Positions 1-10,195 of a stretch of 64,000 bases of DNA are shown here, in pieces; position 1 is the stretch's first letter, and the number at the start of each line of letters is the position of its first letter. Below the pieces are notes generated by a model. That model ran no database searches. It was not told the origin of the DNA and saw only the letters and a list, made by a program, of their open reading frames with translations. Origin of the DNA: an uncultured delta proteobacterium (GTDB lineage Bacteria > Desulfobacterota > Binatia > UBA9968); the NCBI GenBank assembly GCA_963728565.1, contig CAVSLC010000011.1:1-64000 (forward strand). Reading direction: 5' to 3'. Made by a program: the position numbers and the translations under genes.

Positions 1-2
1 GT

Positions 3-1505
3 TTTCTCTGGCAGAGACCGCTCCTCTGGTTGTATATAGCGTCGGATTCTTTGATCGCAATTTCTTACTACATTATACCTGTCGCTCTGGTTATCTTCGT
101 GCGTAAGCGACAAGATCTTGCGTTTAACTGGATGTTTCTGATGTTCAGCGCGTTCATCTTTGCGTGCGGCACCACACACCTGATGGGAATATGGAAGCTC
201 TGGGAACCGGTTTATTGGTTGGACGGAAGTATCAAGGCGATCACCGCCGGTCTTTCGGTGGCAACTGCCGCGACCCTTTGGCCTCTGATTCCGCAGGCGC
301 TGGCGCTTCCTAGCCCGCGGTCGCTCGAGATGGTCAATCAGGAACTGCAACAACAAATCGCCGAGCGCGAACTTGCCGTGCAGAAATTAAGAGAAACCGA
401 GACGCTTTTCCGTTCCTTACTCGAGTCGGCGCCTGACGCTATGGTCATCGTCGATGCGCAAGGAATGATTACCTTGATAAATTCACAAACAGAAAGACTG
501 TTCGGCTATGATCGAAAAGAACTTCTGGGAAAGCCTGTGGAACGGCTTGTTCCCGCACGATTCCGTGAGCGACATCAGGATCACCGCGGCTTGTTTGCAA
601 AAAATCCGCACGTTCGGCCGATGGGAACGGGCATGGAGCTATTTGCCGTTCGCCGCGACGGCAGCGAGTTCCCGGTTGAAATCAGCTTAAGTCCGATTGC
701 AACGGGGCGGGAAGTTTTGATGAGCGCGGCGATTCGCGACATCACGGAACGCAAGCAGGCGGAGAGATTGCTTCAGGAGAAAGAGCGACTAGCCACGTTG
801 GGCACAACCGCCGCGGTATTTGCCCATGAGATCGGTAATCCGCTCAACGGCATTTCCACCTCGTTACAAATTGTCAAATCGATTCTCGAAACGGCTCACA
901 AGATCGATCCGGCTTTGCAGGAAACGCTCGAGATCGCATTTCAAGAAGTCCAGCGGCTGGCAACTTTGCTTTCCGACTATCGCACGTTTGCGCGACCTCA
1001 GAGGCTCAACCTGCGGCCGACTGATTTGACGCAGATTATCGAGGAGGTGCTGAGCGCCCAATTGCCTATGTATCGGGCGACAAAAATCGCCCTCCACACT
1101 CAGTTGGAAAACGTTCCAGGCATGATTGTCGATCGCGAAAAAATAAAGCAGGTGATTTTGAACCTCTGCAAGAACGCCGTCGAAGCGATGCCCAACGGCG
1201 GAAGCTTGATCGTCAAGGCCACTGGTTCAGAGGGAGGGGTTATTCTGGAAGTGACGGACACGGGTGAGGGAATAGCCCATGGCGTTGATATCTTCCAGTT
1301 ATTTAGAACCACCAAACCCGAGGGCACGGGTTTGGGGCTTCCGATTGTGCAGCAGATCATTAGCGATCATAAGGGAACGATCACATACCGGAGCGAAACC
1401 GGCAAAGGCACAACGTTCACTATCGTGTTGCCGGTCGGGATTTTGAATGAGAGTGACGCCAAGACGGAGCCCTCCAATAATTCTTCACTACCAAGGAATT
1501 TGTAG
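3..1505 (+). CDS. PAS-domain sensor histidine kinase with N-terminal ethylene-receptor-like transmembrane domain (5' end lies before the window)
   Basis: Frame is open from base 3 (FLWQRPLLWLYIASD). TM region ASDSLIAISYYIIP...FIFACGTTH; PAS (LLESAPDAMV...RRDGSEFPVEISL); H-box FAHEIGNPL; N/G boxes NLCKNA, DTGEGI, GTGLGL. Confidence 0.9.
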   Translation, partial: FLWQRPLLWLYIASDSLIAISYYIIPVALVIFVRKRQDLAFNWMFLMFSAFIFACGTTHLMGIWKLWEPVYWLDGSIKAITAGLSVATAATLWPLIPQALALPSPRSLEMVNQELQQQIAERELAVQKLRETETLFRSLLESAPDAMVIVDAQGMITLINSQTERLFGYDRKELLGKPVERLVPARFRERHQDHRGLFAKNPHVRPMGTGMELFAVRRDGSEFPVEISLSPIATGREVLMSAAIRDITERKQAERLLQEKERLATLGTTAAVFAHEIGNPLNGISTSLQIVKSILETAHKIDPALQETLEIAFQEVQRLATLLSDYRTFARPQRLNLRPTDLTQIIEEVLSAQLPMYRATKIALHTQLENVPGMIVDREKIKQVILNLCKNAVEAMPNGGSLIVKATGSEGGVILEVTDTGEGIAHGVDIFQLFRTTKPEGTGLGLPIVQQIISDHKGTITYRSETGKGTTFTIVLPVGILNESDAKTEPSNNSSLPRNL

Positions 1506-1552
1506 CCCCAGGAATTCTTTGCCGGCAAATTGGTATATGATTGTTGGCAAGC

Positions 1553-2578
1553 TTACGAATGTAAGGCCGGAAGAACCTCTTCCAAGTAGATACGAAGCTG
1601 CTCACTTAGATCGTTGCCGATCGGGCGAATGGTAACGTGGTCGACTCCTGCCTCGATAAATCCCTCTACAGATTTAATGCAGTGTCTCACAGGCCCGCAG
1701 GCGTTCCAAATTTCGACGCCCTGGCGCGTAAAGTCCTTTTGATAATAGGCATCGAGAAAAGTTTTTGCTTCGCGAAACGCCTGATCGCGGTCGGCATTGA
1801 CGGAGATGCCGTAATACAAAACGGTCTTGAAGGCATTCGGGTCGCGTCCCTCTTCCAACAACATACTACGCAATCGCCCGACGTAATCTCTAAACCTTTC
1901 GAGCTCGATCTGATTGGTCATCCAGCCATCGGCGAAACGGGCGATTCTTCGCAACGAACGCTCCACTCCACCATCGCCGATCTGATTGGATCGCGGTGTG
2001 CCGGCGATGTAGATCGGGCAAGGCTGTTGCGCCGGTTTGGGCAGGAGATTTACATCTTGGAACGAATAGTACTTACCCTTGAAGCTGGCATGTTCGTCGG
2101 ACCAGAGCACTCGCAGGGCTTGGATCATTTCTTCCAATCGCGCCGGCCGCTCCTTGCTCTCGATGCCCATTACCTCAAGTTCCTTGGCCGCCGTCGGATG
2201 CTGACTCGCCGGGTATCCCATGCAGGCGGCGAGCCATGTGCGCCCGCCCGATAAGACATCCAGACTCGCCCACTGCAACGCAAGCAGCACGGGATTACGC
2301 TGCGCGATCGTGGCCATGCACGCTACGCCAAGTTTAACAGTTGAAGTCTGCGCGGCTATCGCGCCTAGCAGTGGAATACATTCCAAACGAGGCTTGCTAA
2401 GAATGCTGTCGCCGACCCAGATAGCATCGATCGCGCCGCTGTTCTCGGCCTGCACCGCCATGTCGATCAGGTCCTTGGGTTGTGTTCCCCTGGTAACTAG
2501 CGCGCGGTTGGACAAGGTGAGTCCGAACGTTGTTTTTTTCTCCGCCATGCCCGTGAGCATAGGACGAGGCGGCGCCAT
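1553..2578 (-). CDS. LLM-class flavin/F420-dependent oxidoreductase (likely start 2548)
   Basis: AENSGAIDAIWVGDSIL, RNPVLLALQWASLDVLSGGR, PKPAQQPCPIYIAG, RIARFADGW motifs. Confidence 0.9.
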   Translation of the reverse strand: MAPPRPMLTGMAEKKTTFGLTLSNRALVTRGTQPKDLIDMAVQAENSGAIDAIWVGDSILSKPRLECIPLLGAIAAQTSTVKLGVACMATIAQRNPVLLALQWASLDVLSGGRTWLAACMGYPASQHPTAAKELEVMGIESKERPARLEEMIQALRVLWSDEHASFKGKYYSFQDVNLLPKPAQQPCPIYIAGTPRSNQIGDGGVERSLRRIARFADGWMTNQIELERFRDYVGRLRSMLLEEGRDPNAFKTVLYYGISVNADRDQAFREAKTFLDAYYQKDFTRQGVEIWNACGPVRHCIKSVEGFIEAGVDHVTIRPIGNDLSEQLRIYLEEVLPALHS

Positions 2579-2747
2579 CTTTCAAGCAGGATGTTTCAAG
2601 GAGAATGTATTGATGCTCCTCCGTTCGTCCTGAGTTTCTCGAAGGATGAGCCGAGGGTTTTCAGCAGATTTCATTAGAGTGTTGCGTTTGACGAGCTCGC
2701 TTATTTGCCGGTTAGCGCCGAGTTTGATATCTGGTCGATGACAGCCA

Positions 2748-3633
2748 ATGAAACCGGCCCCTTTTGAATACTATGCGCCGTTGGAGTTGCCAGAGGCCTT
2801 GGATCTCCTCGAGCGCTATGGCGACGAGGCGAAGATCCTTGCCGGCGGGCAGAGTCTCATGCCGCTAATCAATCTACGCCTGGCGCGGCCACGCGTGATC
2901 ATCGATATCAACCGTTTGCGCAATCTCGACGCGATCTCGACTTCGCTCGACGGCGGCCTGACTATCGGCGCGCTGGCGCGTCAGCGGACCCTGGAGCGCT
3001 CCACGATTATTCAGGAGCAAAATCCGATGCTCGCCGCGGCGATGCCGCTTATCGGCCACTTTCAGATTCGCAACCGGGGAACCATTGGCGGTAGTTTGGT
3101 TCATGCAGATCCAGCGGCCGAGCTGCCGGCGGTGAGCCTGCTACTCGGCGGCGAGTTCTTATTGAAGAGCAAATCGGGCGCGCGTCTGGTTGCGGCCGCG
3201 GATTTTTTTCTCGGGTACTTGGCTACCGACTGCCGGCCAGGGGAGTTGCTCACGGAAGTCCGTTTCCGCAAATGGCGCGCAGGCGACGCCTGGGCCGTCC
3301 TTGAGATCGCGCGGCGGAAGGGGGATTTCGCCCTCGCCGGAGTCGCCTTCCGGACAGCATTGGACGGGGCAGGTACTTTACAAAATGCGCGCATCGTTAT
3401 GTTCGGCGTGGGCGGCAAACCCCAAAGGATGGAACGCGGCGAAGCGCTCTTGAACGGACGCCGCATCGACGAGGCGCTTTTAGGCGGAGCTGAGCAGAGT
3501 CGTCACCGAAGAACTTGACCCAGATTCGGATGTTCACGCTTCCGCTGTTTACCGCAAGGAAGTTGGTGGGGTGCTGGTTCGCCGCGCATTGCTGTCGGCG
3601 TTGGCCAAAGCAAAGGAGACGGTGAGCCATTGA
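2748..3633 (+). CDS. Xanthine dehydrogenase/CoxM-family FAD-binding subunit (one frameshift near 3483)
   Basis: MKPAPFEY, AGGQSL, RNRGTIGGS, DPAAELP. The C-terminus (DPDSDVHASAVYRKEV...) continues in another frame to TGA 3631-3633, overlapping the next start. Confidence 0.9.
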
Positions 3634-4127
3634 GCGCAAAGCAACTCATCAAAGTTACGGCCAACGGACGAACCTATGAACGTCTGGTCGAAGTAAGGAT
3701 GACGTTGGCGGATTTCATCCGACAGGAGCTGGATCTCACCGGCACTCATCTCGGCTGCGAGCATGGCGTATGCGGCGCCTGCACGATCCTCATGAACGGC
3801 GAAGCAGTGCGCTCCTGCCTCATGCTCGCGGTGCAAGCCGGCGGCGCCGAGTTACGCACTGTCGAGAGCCTCGCCGCAGGTGATGAGCTGCATCCTCTAC
3901 AACGAGCCTTCCAGAACCGGCACGCGCTTCAATGCGGCTTCTGCACACCCGGTTTTCTGATGACGGCATCGGCTTTTTTGAAAGACAATCCGATGCCGAC
4001 CCGGGAAGAGGTTCGCGACGCCATTTCAGGCAACATCTGCCGCTGCACAGGCTATCAACCGATAATCGATGCGATTCTGGAGGCGTCCTCGGAATTGCAG
4101 ACAAAATCGAAGGAGCCGCCGCGATAG
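3630..4127 (+). CDS. (2Fe-2S)-binding small subunit, CoxS/CutS family
   Basis: GCEHGVCGAC, QCGFCTPG, GNICRCTGY. Confidence 0.95.
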   Translation: MSAKQLIKVTANGRTYERLVEVRMTLADFIRQELDLTGTHLGCEHGVCGACTILMNGEAVRSCLMLAVQAGGAELRTVESLAAGDELHPLQRAFQNRHALQCGFCTPGFLMTASAFLKDNPMPTREEVRDAISGNICRCTGYQPIIDAILEASSELQTKSKEPPR

Positions 4128-6464
4128 ATGGAACCGATCGGCAAGAGCGGTCACAGTTATGTGGGTATGCCGATCAAGCGGCGCGAAGACGTTCGCTTCA
4201 TCACCGGGCGGGCGACTTACGTCGACGATATCAAGCTCTCCAATATGCTCCACGCGGCCATCCTGCGCAGTCCCCGGGCCCACGCGAGAATCCGTTCTAT
4301 GGACACGTCGAAGGCTTTGCAGCTTCCCGGGGTGATTAGAGTGTTCACGTTCCAAGATCTCGGCGATCTGGCGGTCCCCGTGCCTATTCGGATGTATCAG
4401 CTTGCCGGGCTGGAACGCCACCTGCAGCCACTTCTCGCGCACGATAAGGTCCGCTATGTCGGCGAGCCGCTGGCCCTGGCTATCGCGGAGAGCCGATACG
4501 TTGCCGAGGATGCCCTCGATGTCATCGAAGTTGAGTACGAAGACTTGCCCGCGGTGGTTGATGTTTACGAAGCCCTTAAAGATGAAGTCCTAGTTAACGA
4601 CGAAGCCCGAACGAATCTTGCCGCTGTCCATGAATTTACCATTGGCGATGTGGAGCGCGCGTTCCGGGAGGCTCCATACACTCGTCGGGAGGAGTTTCGA
4701 GTTCATCGCTTCACCGGCAATCCGATGGAAACCAGGGGGTTCGTTGCCGCCTTCGATCGAGGCAAAGGGGAGCTGACCGTTTGGGGCGTCACCAAGTTGC
4801 CGCATCTCAACCGGCAGACCATCGCCGCGTTTCTTAAACTTCCCGAACGTAAACTGCACTTCATTGAAAACGATGTCGGCGGCGGCTTCGGCATCCGCGG
4901 AGAGCTTTATCCGGAAGATTTTTTAATTCCGTTTGCCGCTGTAAAGCTGGGACAGCCGGTCAAATGGATTGAAGATCGCCGCGAGCATCTGATGGCGGCG
5001 AATCACTCGCGCGAGAATCGTTGCAAGCTCGAGGTCGCCGCGCGCGAGGACGGCACGATCCTGGGCTTTCGAGCGATCGTTTACGGCGACATGGGCGCCT
5101 ATGTGCGGACCCATGGCGGATTGGTGCCATGTTCGACGGCGGCATTATTAACCGGACCTTATCGAATACCAAATTATCACGCCAAGATCCATTTAGTGGT
5201 CACCAACAAGACCGGCCTGGGAACCTTTCGCGCTCCGGGCCGCTACGAATCCTGTTTCTACCGGGAACGCATACTCGATTTGATGGCAAAAGATTTGGGA
5301 ATCGATCCGGTGGAGCTTCGCTTCAAGAACCTCATCCGGCCAGAGGAGATACCTTACGAAGTAGGGGTTACCCGGCCGGGCTCCGGTCCCACGGTTCTTG
5401 ATAGCGGCGATTATCCGAGCGCGCTCAAGCGCGGCCTCGCTGAATTCGGCTATGAAAAATTGCAGCCGCTTCAAGGTCGTCTTGAAAATGGCAGATATCA
5501 CGGCACCGGCATCGCCTGCTTCGTCAAGAACACCGGCGGCCTGGAACCTTATGAGGGCGCGCGCATCGTCATCGGCGATCGCAACGATGTCGCCGTCTAT
5601 CTCAGCATCTCGGTTTTGGGTCAGGGTCACGAAACCGGCATGGCACAGATCTGCGCCGATGCGTTGGGTGTGCCGATGGACTGGATCACTGTTTATCACG
5701 GCGATACGGACACATGTCCCTTCGGTTGGGGCACCTTCGCCAGCCGGGGAACCGTCATGTGCGGCAGCGCGGTTCATCTCGCGGGGCAGAAGCTCAAGCA
5801 GAAGCTTCTCGGAGTTGCGGCGGAACAACTCGGCGACGAAGCGAGCACACTGGAATTGCGCGATGGAAAAATCTACCGCACGAGCACCGAAGCGCCGGCA
5901 GTAGATCTGAACGAGATTGCCACCCAAGTACGCCACTCCGGAACCCTCAATCAGGGATTTCCCGAATTGGAAGAGACCGCCTATTTCCACTCGAGCCAGA
6001 TGACCTACTCCTATGGGGTTCATCTGGCCCATGTGGCGGTGGATGCCGAGACCGGCTTGATGGAAGTTCTCAAGTATCTCGTCGTTGAGGATGTCGGGCG
6101 CTGCATCAATCCGCTATTGGTTCACGGCCAGACCGTCGGCTCGGCGGTCCAGGGCATCGGCGGCACGATGTTGGAAGAACTGATTTATGATGACAATGGC
6201 CAGCTCTTGACCGGTAGTCTGATGGATTATCTACTGCCCACGAGCACGGACGTGCCCAACATCGGCAGCGTGATACTCGAAGAGGCGCCCTCGCCGCTAA
6301 ACCCGCTCGGCGTCAAAGGCGCCGGGGAGGGCGGAATCGTAGGCACCGGCGCAGCGCTCGCCAACGCGCTTTCTCACGCTCTCAATGATTTTGGAGTTCA
6401 GGTGAAAGCTCTCCCCCTCACGCCTGACCGCATTCGCGCCTGGATCGCTGGCCGCTCCCGCTAA
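4128..6464 (+). CDS. Xanthine dehydrogenase-family molybdopterin-binding large subunit (CoxL-like, not form I CODH)
   Basis: DVGGGFG, GQGHETG, KGAGEGG. Active-site loop reads TFRAPGR. Confidence 0.93.
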   Translation: MEPIGKSGHSYVGMPIKRREDVRFITGRATYVDDIKLSNMLHAAILRSPRAHARIRSMDTSKALQLPGVIRVFTFQDLGDLAVPVPIRMYQLAGLERHLQPLLAHDKVRYVGEPLALAIAESRYVAEDALDVIEVEYEDLPAVVDVYEALKDEVLVNDEARTNLAAVHEFTIGDVERAFREAPYTRREEFRVHRFTGNPMETRGFVAAFDRGKGELTVWGVTKLPHLNRQTIAAFLKLPERKLHFIENDVGGGFGIRGELYPEDFLIPFAAVKLGQPVKWIEDRREHLMAANHSRENRCKLEVAAREDGTILGFRAIVYGDMGAYVRTHGGLVPCSTAALLTGPYRIPNYHAKIHLVVTNKTGLGTFRAPGRYESCFYRERILDLMAKDLGIDPVELRFKNLIRPEEIPYEVGVTRPGSGPTVLDSGDYPSALKRGLAEFGYEKLQPLQGRLENGRYHGTGIACFVKNTGGLEPYEGARIVIGDRNDVAVYLSISVLGQGHETGMAQICADALGVPMDWITVYHGDTDTCPFGWGTFASRGTVMCGSAVHLAGQKLKQKLLGVAAEQLGDEASTLELRDGKIYRTSTEAPAVDLNEIATQVRHSGTLNQGFPELEETAYFHSSQMTYSYGVHLAHVAVDAETGLMEVLKYLVVEDVGRCINPLLVHGQTVGSAVQGIGGTMLEELIYDDNGQLLTGSLMDYLLPTSTDVPNIGSVILEEAPSPLNPLGVKGAGEGGIVGTGAALANALSHALNDFGVQVKALPLTPDRIRAWIAGRSR

Positions 6465-6822
6465 TCGACCCGCTTGACTGATGCTCCGAGTAGAAGCCAC
6501 GACACGGGGACTGATCCACGGGTGAGCTTCGATGAGGAAGGGGCGAACCTGGAGGCCGCAGGCGTGAGATCGTGCGGTGATGCCAGGCCCTGACTGTTGG
6601 AATGAGCACCCTTGTGGGGGTGCGGACGGCCTTGCAGCCAGAGGCCCATCGCCTGGGGCCGGAAGGATTGCCTCTTCGCTCTACTTTGCGCAATCCGCGT
6701 TCAAAACGTTTTGCACGACTTGTACGAATTCAACCCGGATTTCCTTAGTTCAAAGCGACGCAGCATCAAGGGACGAGCCTTCCGGAACGCAGGCAATGAG
6801 TCAAGTCCTCGCTGCGCTCGGA

Positions 6823-6880
6823 ATCTCAGATTTCAGATCTCAGATTTCAACTTTGTCATTTGAGATTTGCGATTTGAGAT
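6823..6880. repeat. Heptamer-periodic imperfect hairpin (ATCTCAG/ATTTCAG x4, then ATTTGAG-type x3)
   Basis: The right arm is approximately the reverse complement of the left arm; lies in an intergenic region between convergent operons. Confidence 0.6.
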
Positions 6881-6965
6881 GCCGCAGAGCGGCCCGCCCC
6901 TCCAGGTTCACCCCTTGATGAGCAGACGATGTCAATCTCTATTGCGGAATCCAATTCAAAACGTG

Positions 6966-6997
6966 TTGAACATTTGAACTACTTGAACGAATTGAAC
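6966..6997. repeat. TTGAAC x4 micro-repeat (8-9 nt period)
   Basis: ttgaac at 6966, 6974, 6983 and 6992. Confidence 0.6.
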
Positions 6998-7025
6998 TCT
7001 GCAGGCGTCCGCCGCTCCTTCCGAA

Positions 7026-7784
7026 TCATTGCACGCCGAGACGCTCGCGGATTTTTCTCACATAACCGATGAATTTTTGATCGTCGCGCAAAGACGTGGT
7101 GCGGGGGCGCGGCAAGTCGATAGTCATAATGTCAGCGACTTTGCCCGGGCGCGGCGTCATTACCACTACGCGATCCCCCAGAAAGACGGCTTCGGGAATG
7201 CTGTGCGTTATAAAAAGCACGGTCTTCTTTGACTCGCTCCAGATCCTCAGCAGTTCCAGATTCATCTCGTCACGAGTGATGGCGTCGAGCGCGCCGAACG
7301 GTTCGTCCATCAGAAGCAACGGCGGCTCGTGGATGAGAGCGCGGCTGATGGAGACCCGCTGCTGCATGCCGCCTGACAGCTCATTGGGATATTTGTTTTC
7401 GAAACCGCGCAATCCGGTAAGCTCCAAAAGCTCGAGAGCTCTTTGTCTGTAGGCAGCAACGTCCAAGCCCCGCGCTTCAATTTGCAGCAGCACGTTATCG
7501 AGGGCTTTGCGCCAGGCCAAGAGAACCGGCGATTGGAAGACGACGCCGATGTTGGTCAGAGGACTTTTGACGGCAATGCCGGCGACGCGAACCTCTCCGC
7601 CGGTTGCGGGTAAAAGTCCTGCGGTGATCTTAAGCAGTGTGCTTTTACCACACCCGCTGCGCCCAACCACTGTAACGAATTCTTCCGGCTCCACGCCAAA
7701 GGAAACTTCTTCAAGCGCGATCACCTCATCGTTGCCTGAGTTGTAAATTTTGCGGACTCGCTCGTATTGGATGAGGCTGGCCAA
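7026..7784 (-). CDS. NitT/TauT-family ABC transporter ATP-binding protein
   Basis: Walker A GRSGCGKST, LSGGMQQR, LLLMDEPFGALD, ITH. Confidence 0.95.
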   Translation of the reverse strand: MASLIQYERVRKIYNSGNDEVIALEEVSFGVEPEEFVTVVGRSGCGKSTLLKITAGLLPATGGEVRVAGIAVKSPLTNIGVVFQSPVLLAWRKALDNVLLQIEARGLDVAAYRQRALELLELTGLRGFENKYPNELSGGMQQRVSISRALIHEPPLLLMDEPFGALDAITRDEMNLELLRIWSESKKTVLFITHSIPEAVFLGDRVVVMTPRPGKVADIMTIDLPRPRTTSLRDDQKFIGYVRKIRERLGVQ

Positions 7785-7792
7785 TCCGGTTC

Positions 7793-8806
7793 CTACATGC
7801 CGGGATTTTTTCCAATGAATTGATTCGTGTACGTCGATTTGTAGTCAACCGCCGGTGATAACTCAAAGTATTTGTTTGCGATATCGACCGACTTTTTCAT
7901 CATCGCCTCTTTCATGAAGCCAAGCCCACGCTCTTTGGTTTCCGGGTCGACGACGTCATCGAGTCCGGCTTCCATTTGGGCCAAGCTGATATCCCGATCA
8001 TTTTGCGGGTTGGCCTTCATGAAGATTTCAAAGGCTTCTTTGCGATTTTTAAGCGACCATGCCCAGGCGTCGAAAACCGCCGAGACAAACCTTTTGACCT
8101 GATCCGGATTTTTTTTGATGCGATCCTCATGCGCCTGCAGCACATGGCCGTAAGTCTCCAGCCCCAGGTCTTTAAAGAACAGGTACTTGACTTGTTTTCC
8201 CTGCTTCTTTCCCAGAATCGCCATCCTTTGAATACTCGAACCATTGGTCCCTGACATGAAATCTATTTTTCCTTCGAATAAGGCGGGCGTGCGTACAGCG
8301 GGTTCCATAGTCTTGATAACGACTTTACCAGCATCAAATTTCGCGGCGCCGGCCACGGCGGGCAGCAGCACATAGGCGAAATCGCTCGGGTTAGTGCCGA
8401 AACTTTTGCCTTCGAGATCTTTGGCGGTCTTGATCTTCGAGCTTTCCAAGAAAATCAACCCGCCTCCGTTAAACGCCATGCCGATGCCGAGGGCGCGATT
8501 CTTCGCGCCCTTGGACATGACTTGGACCGCCGTCAGAAGGTCGCCGTAACTGTAGTCGGCCTGACCCACGTCGACAAAGGTGGCCGAGTTGGCCGAGCCT
8601 TTGCCCTCAAGCAGGGTCGCCTCGAGATTATTCTTTTTAAAAAAACCCCTGTCGCGCGCCACATAGAAAGGCACGTGCTTTCCTTCGATGATCCAATCCA
8701 GCTGAACCTTTATCGTGTCTGCCGCGATCGCCCTGGAACCATTGCCGAAAACAATACTCCCGCTGAGCAGAAGCACCGCTCCGAGGGTTATCATTTTTGT
8801 TTTCAT
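7793..8806 (-). CDS. NMT1/THI5-like ABC substrate-binding protein
   Basis: Signal peptide; QLDWIIEGKHVPFYVARDRGFF; sits between permease and ATPase. Confidence 0.9.
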   Translation of the reverse strand: MKTKMITLGAVLLLSGSIVFGNGSRAIAADTIKVQLDWIIEGKHVPFYVARDRGFFKKNNLEATLLEGKGSANSATFVDVGQADYSYGDLLTAVQVMSKGAKNRALGIGMAFNGGGLIFLESSKIKTAKDLEGKSFGTNPSDFAYVLLPAVAGAAKFDAGKVVIKTMEPAVRTPALFEGKIDFMSGTNGSSIQRMAILGKKQGKQVKYLFFKDLGLETYGHVLQAHEDRIKKNPDQVKRFVSAVFDAWAWSLKNRKEAFEIFMKANPQNDRDISLAQMEAGLDDVVDPETKERGLGFMKEAMMKKSVDIANKYFELSPAVDYKSTYTNQFIGKNPGM

Positions 8807-8848
8807 GATTGTCCTCCGTGTTCAGGTTCTACTTCGATTGAGAGCCGC

Positions 8849-9634
8849 TCAAAGTTCTGTCGGATAGATGCCGCGACGCCAGGGCATGAGCACTTTTTCC
8901 AGACCGACGATGATTCCGAAGAGGCCCAGAGACATGATCGAAAGGAGCGTGATCGCCGCGAATATGAGCGCGGCATTGAGGTTGTTGTTGCCGATGATAA
9001 TCACATAGCCGAGACCTTGTTGGCCGGAGACGAACTCGGCGACGACGGCGCCGATGACCGCGAGAGCGATAGAAGCTTTGAAGCCGGCAAATAGATACGG
9101 AATCGAGTTTGGCAGACGGATCTTCCTGAACTCAGTCCAAGGTTTCATTCCCATGGTCTTAGCGAGGTCCAACATATCACCTTCGATCTGTGAAAATCCC
9201 ACGACGGAATTGACCACCATGGGGAAAAAGGCCACGAGAAAAGCAATGGTGACCTTGGACCAAATGGAGTCGATGCCGAGCCAAATCAAAATGAGCGGAG
9301 CGATGGCAATTCGCGGCACGGACCCAATAACGACCAGCGATGGATAGATCGTGATCCAGAGTATTCTCGAGTAGACTATCCCCAGGGCGGAGCCGACTCC
9401 GACCAATGCGCCGATCAAAAAACCTAGCATGGTCTCGTAAAAAGTTGGTAGAAAGTGCCCGAAAATAAAACCGCCGCGCTTTTGAAATTCGGCGAAAATT
9501 TCCAATGGTGTTGGAAGTAGATACGACGGGATGTTCAGCAGCGGCAGAATTAACTGCCAGAGAACTAGAATAGAGAGGAAAAATAGCGCCGACCATTTGA
9601 TGGAAGGCGTGCCGTTAGACGGACGGTTCTCCAT
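8849..9634 (-). CDS. NitT/TauT-family ABC permease
   Basis: Hydrophobic; PRIAIAPLILIWLG, AVVAEFVSGQQGLG. Confidence 0.93.
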   Translation of the reverse strand: MENRPSNGTPSIKWSALFFLSILVLWQLILPLLNIPSYLLPTPLEIFAEFQKRGGFIFGHFLPTFYETMLGFLIGALVGVGSALGIVYSRILWITIYPSLVVIGSVPRIAIAPLILIWLGIDSIWSKVTIAFLVAFFPMVVNSVVGFSQIEGDMLDLAKTMGMKPWTEFRKIRLPNSIPYLFAGFKASIALAVIGAVVAEFVSGQQGLGYVIIIGNNNLNAALIFAAITLLSIMSLGLFGIIVGLEKVLMPWRRGIYPTEL

Positions 9635-10050
9635 TTTTACCGCTAAGCGACTTCAGGAGCCGGCGGAAAGATCGTTACAACCGTTTGCCTTTTGCTGTGC
9701 GCCCGGCCGACGACCGGTCTCGCACGGATACGGACCTACGCTGGGTTTTTGATTATCGAAAGGTACTAACTGTGTCAAGGATAAAGCGGATTGCCGCAAC
9801 GTCGAGTTTTTCACAGAAGAGCGCCCGAGGAGCGATCCTCTCCAGTCGCGAGCATTGGCTTTGGCTTGAGGAGGCCTGCAAACCTAAGTGGTAACGTGTA
9901 CAGTAGGAGTAAACGAAGCTTGTTGCCAAGTCATTACACCTCGGCGCAGCTTTACGTTCATGTAGCCGCTCGATCCGAGGCGCACTCTGGGGCAACACTG
10001 TGTCTTTGTTTTTCTGGAAGCATGAAGAACCGGGAATTGAAACGCGATTT

Positions 10051-10180
10051 GCAGGTTGCTCAAAAAGATCCAGAGGTGAGGCGCGCGAAAAATCGACGAG
10101 CGACGGCGTACTCTTCAGTACGTCAAAGCGAGGCGATCAAGCGGAACGAAGCATTTGGATCTTTTTCAGCAACCTGTTAG
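10051..10180 (+). mobile_element. MITE-like/REP-like dispersed element, copy 1
   Basis: Inverted ends CAGGTTGCTCAAAAAGATCCA / TGGATCTTTTTCAGCAACCTG; central GTAC...GTAC; homologous to copies at 49378 and 51121. Confidence 0.75.
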
Positions 10181-10195
10181 AGGACGGAGGATTCA

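Noticed and set aside
4128-6464. Aerobic CO dehydrogenase (coxL)
   Set aside because: Lacks the AYxCSFR motif, and no coxDEFG accessory genes are adjacent.
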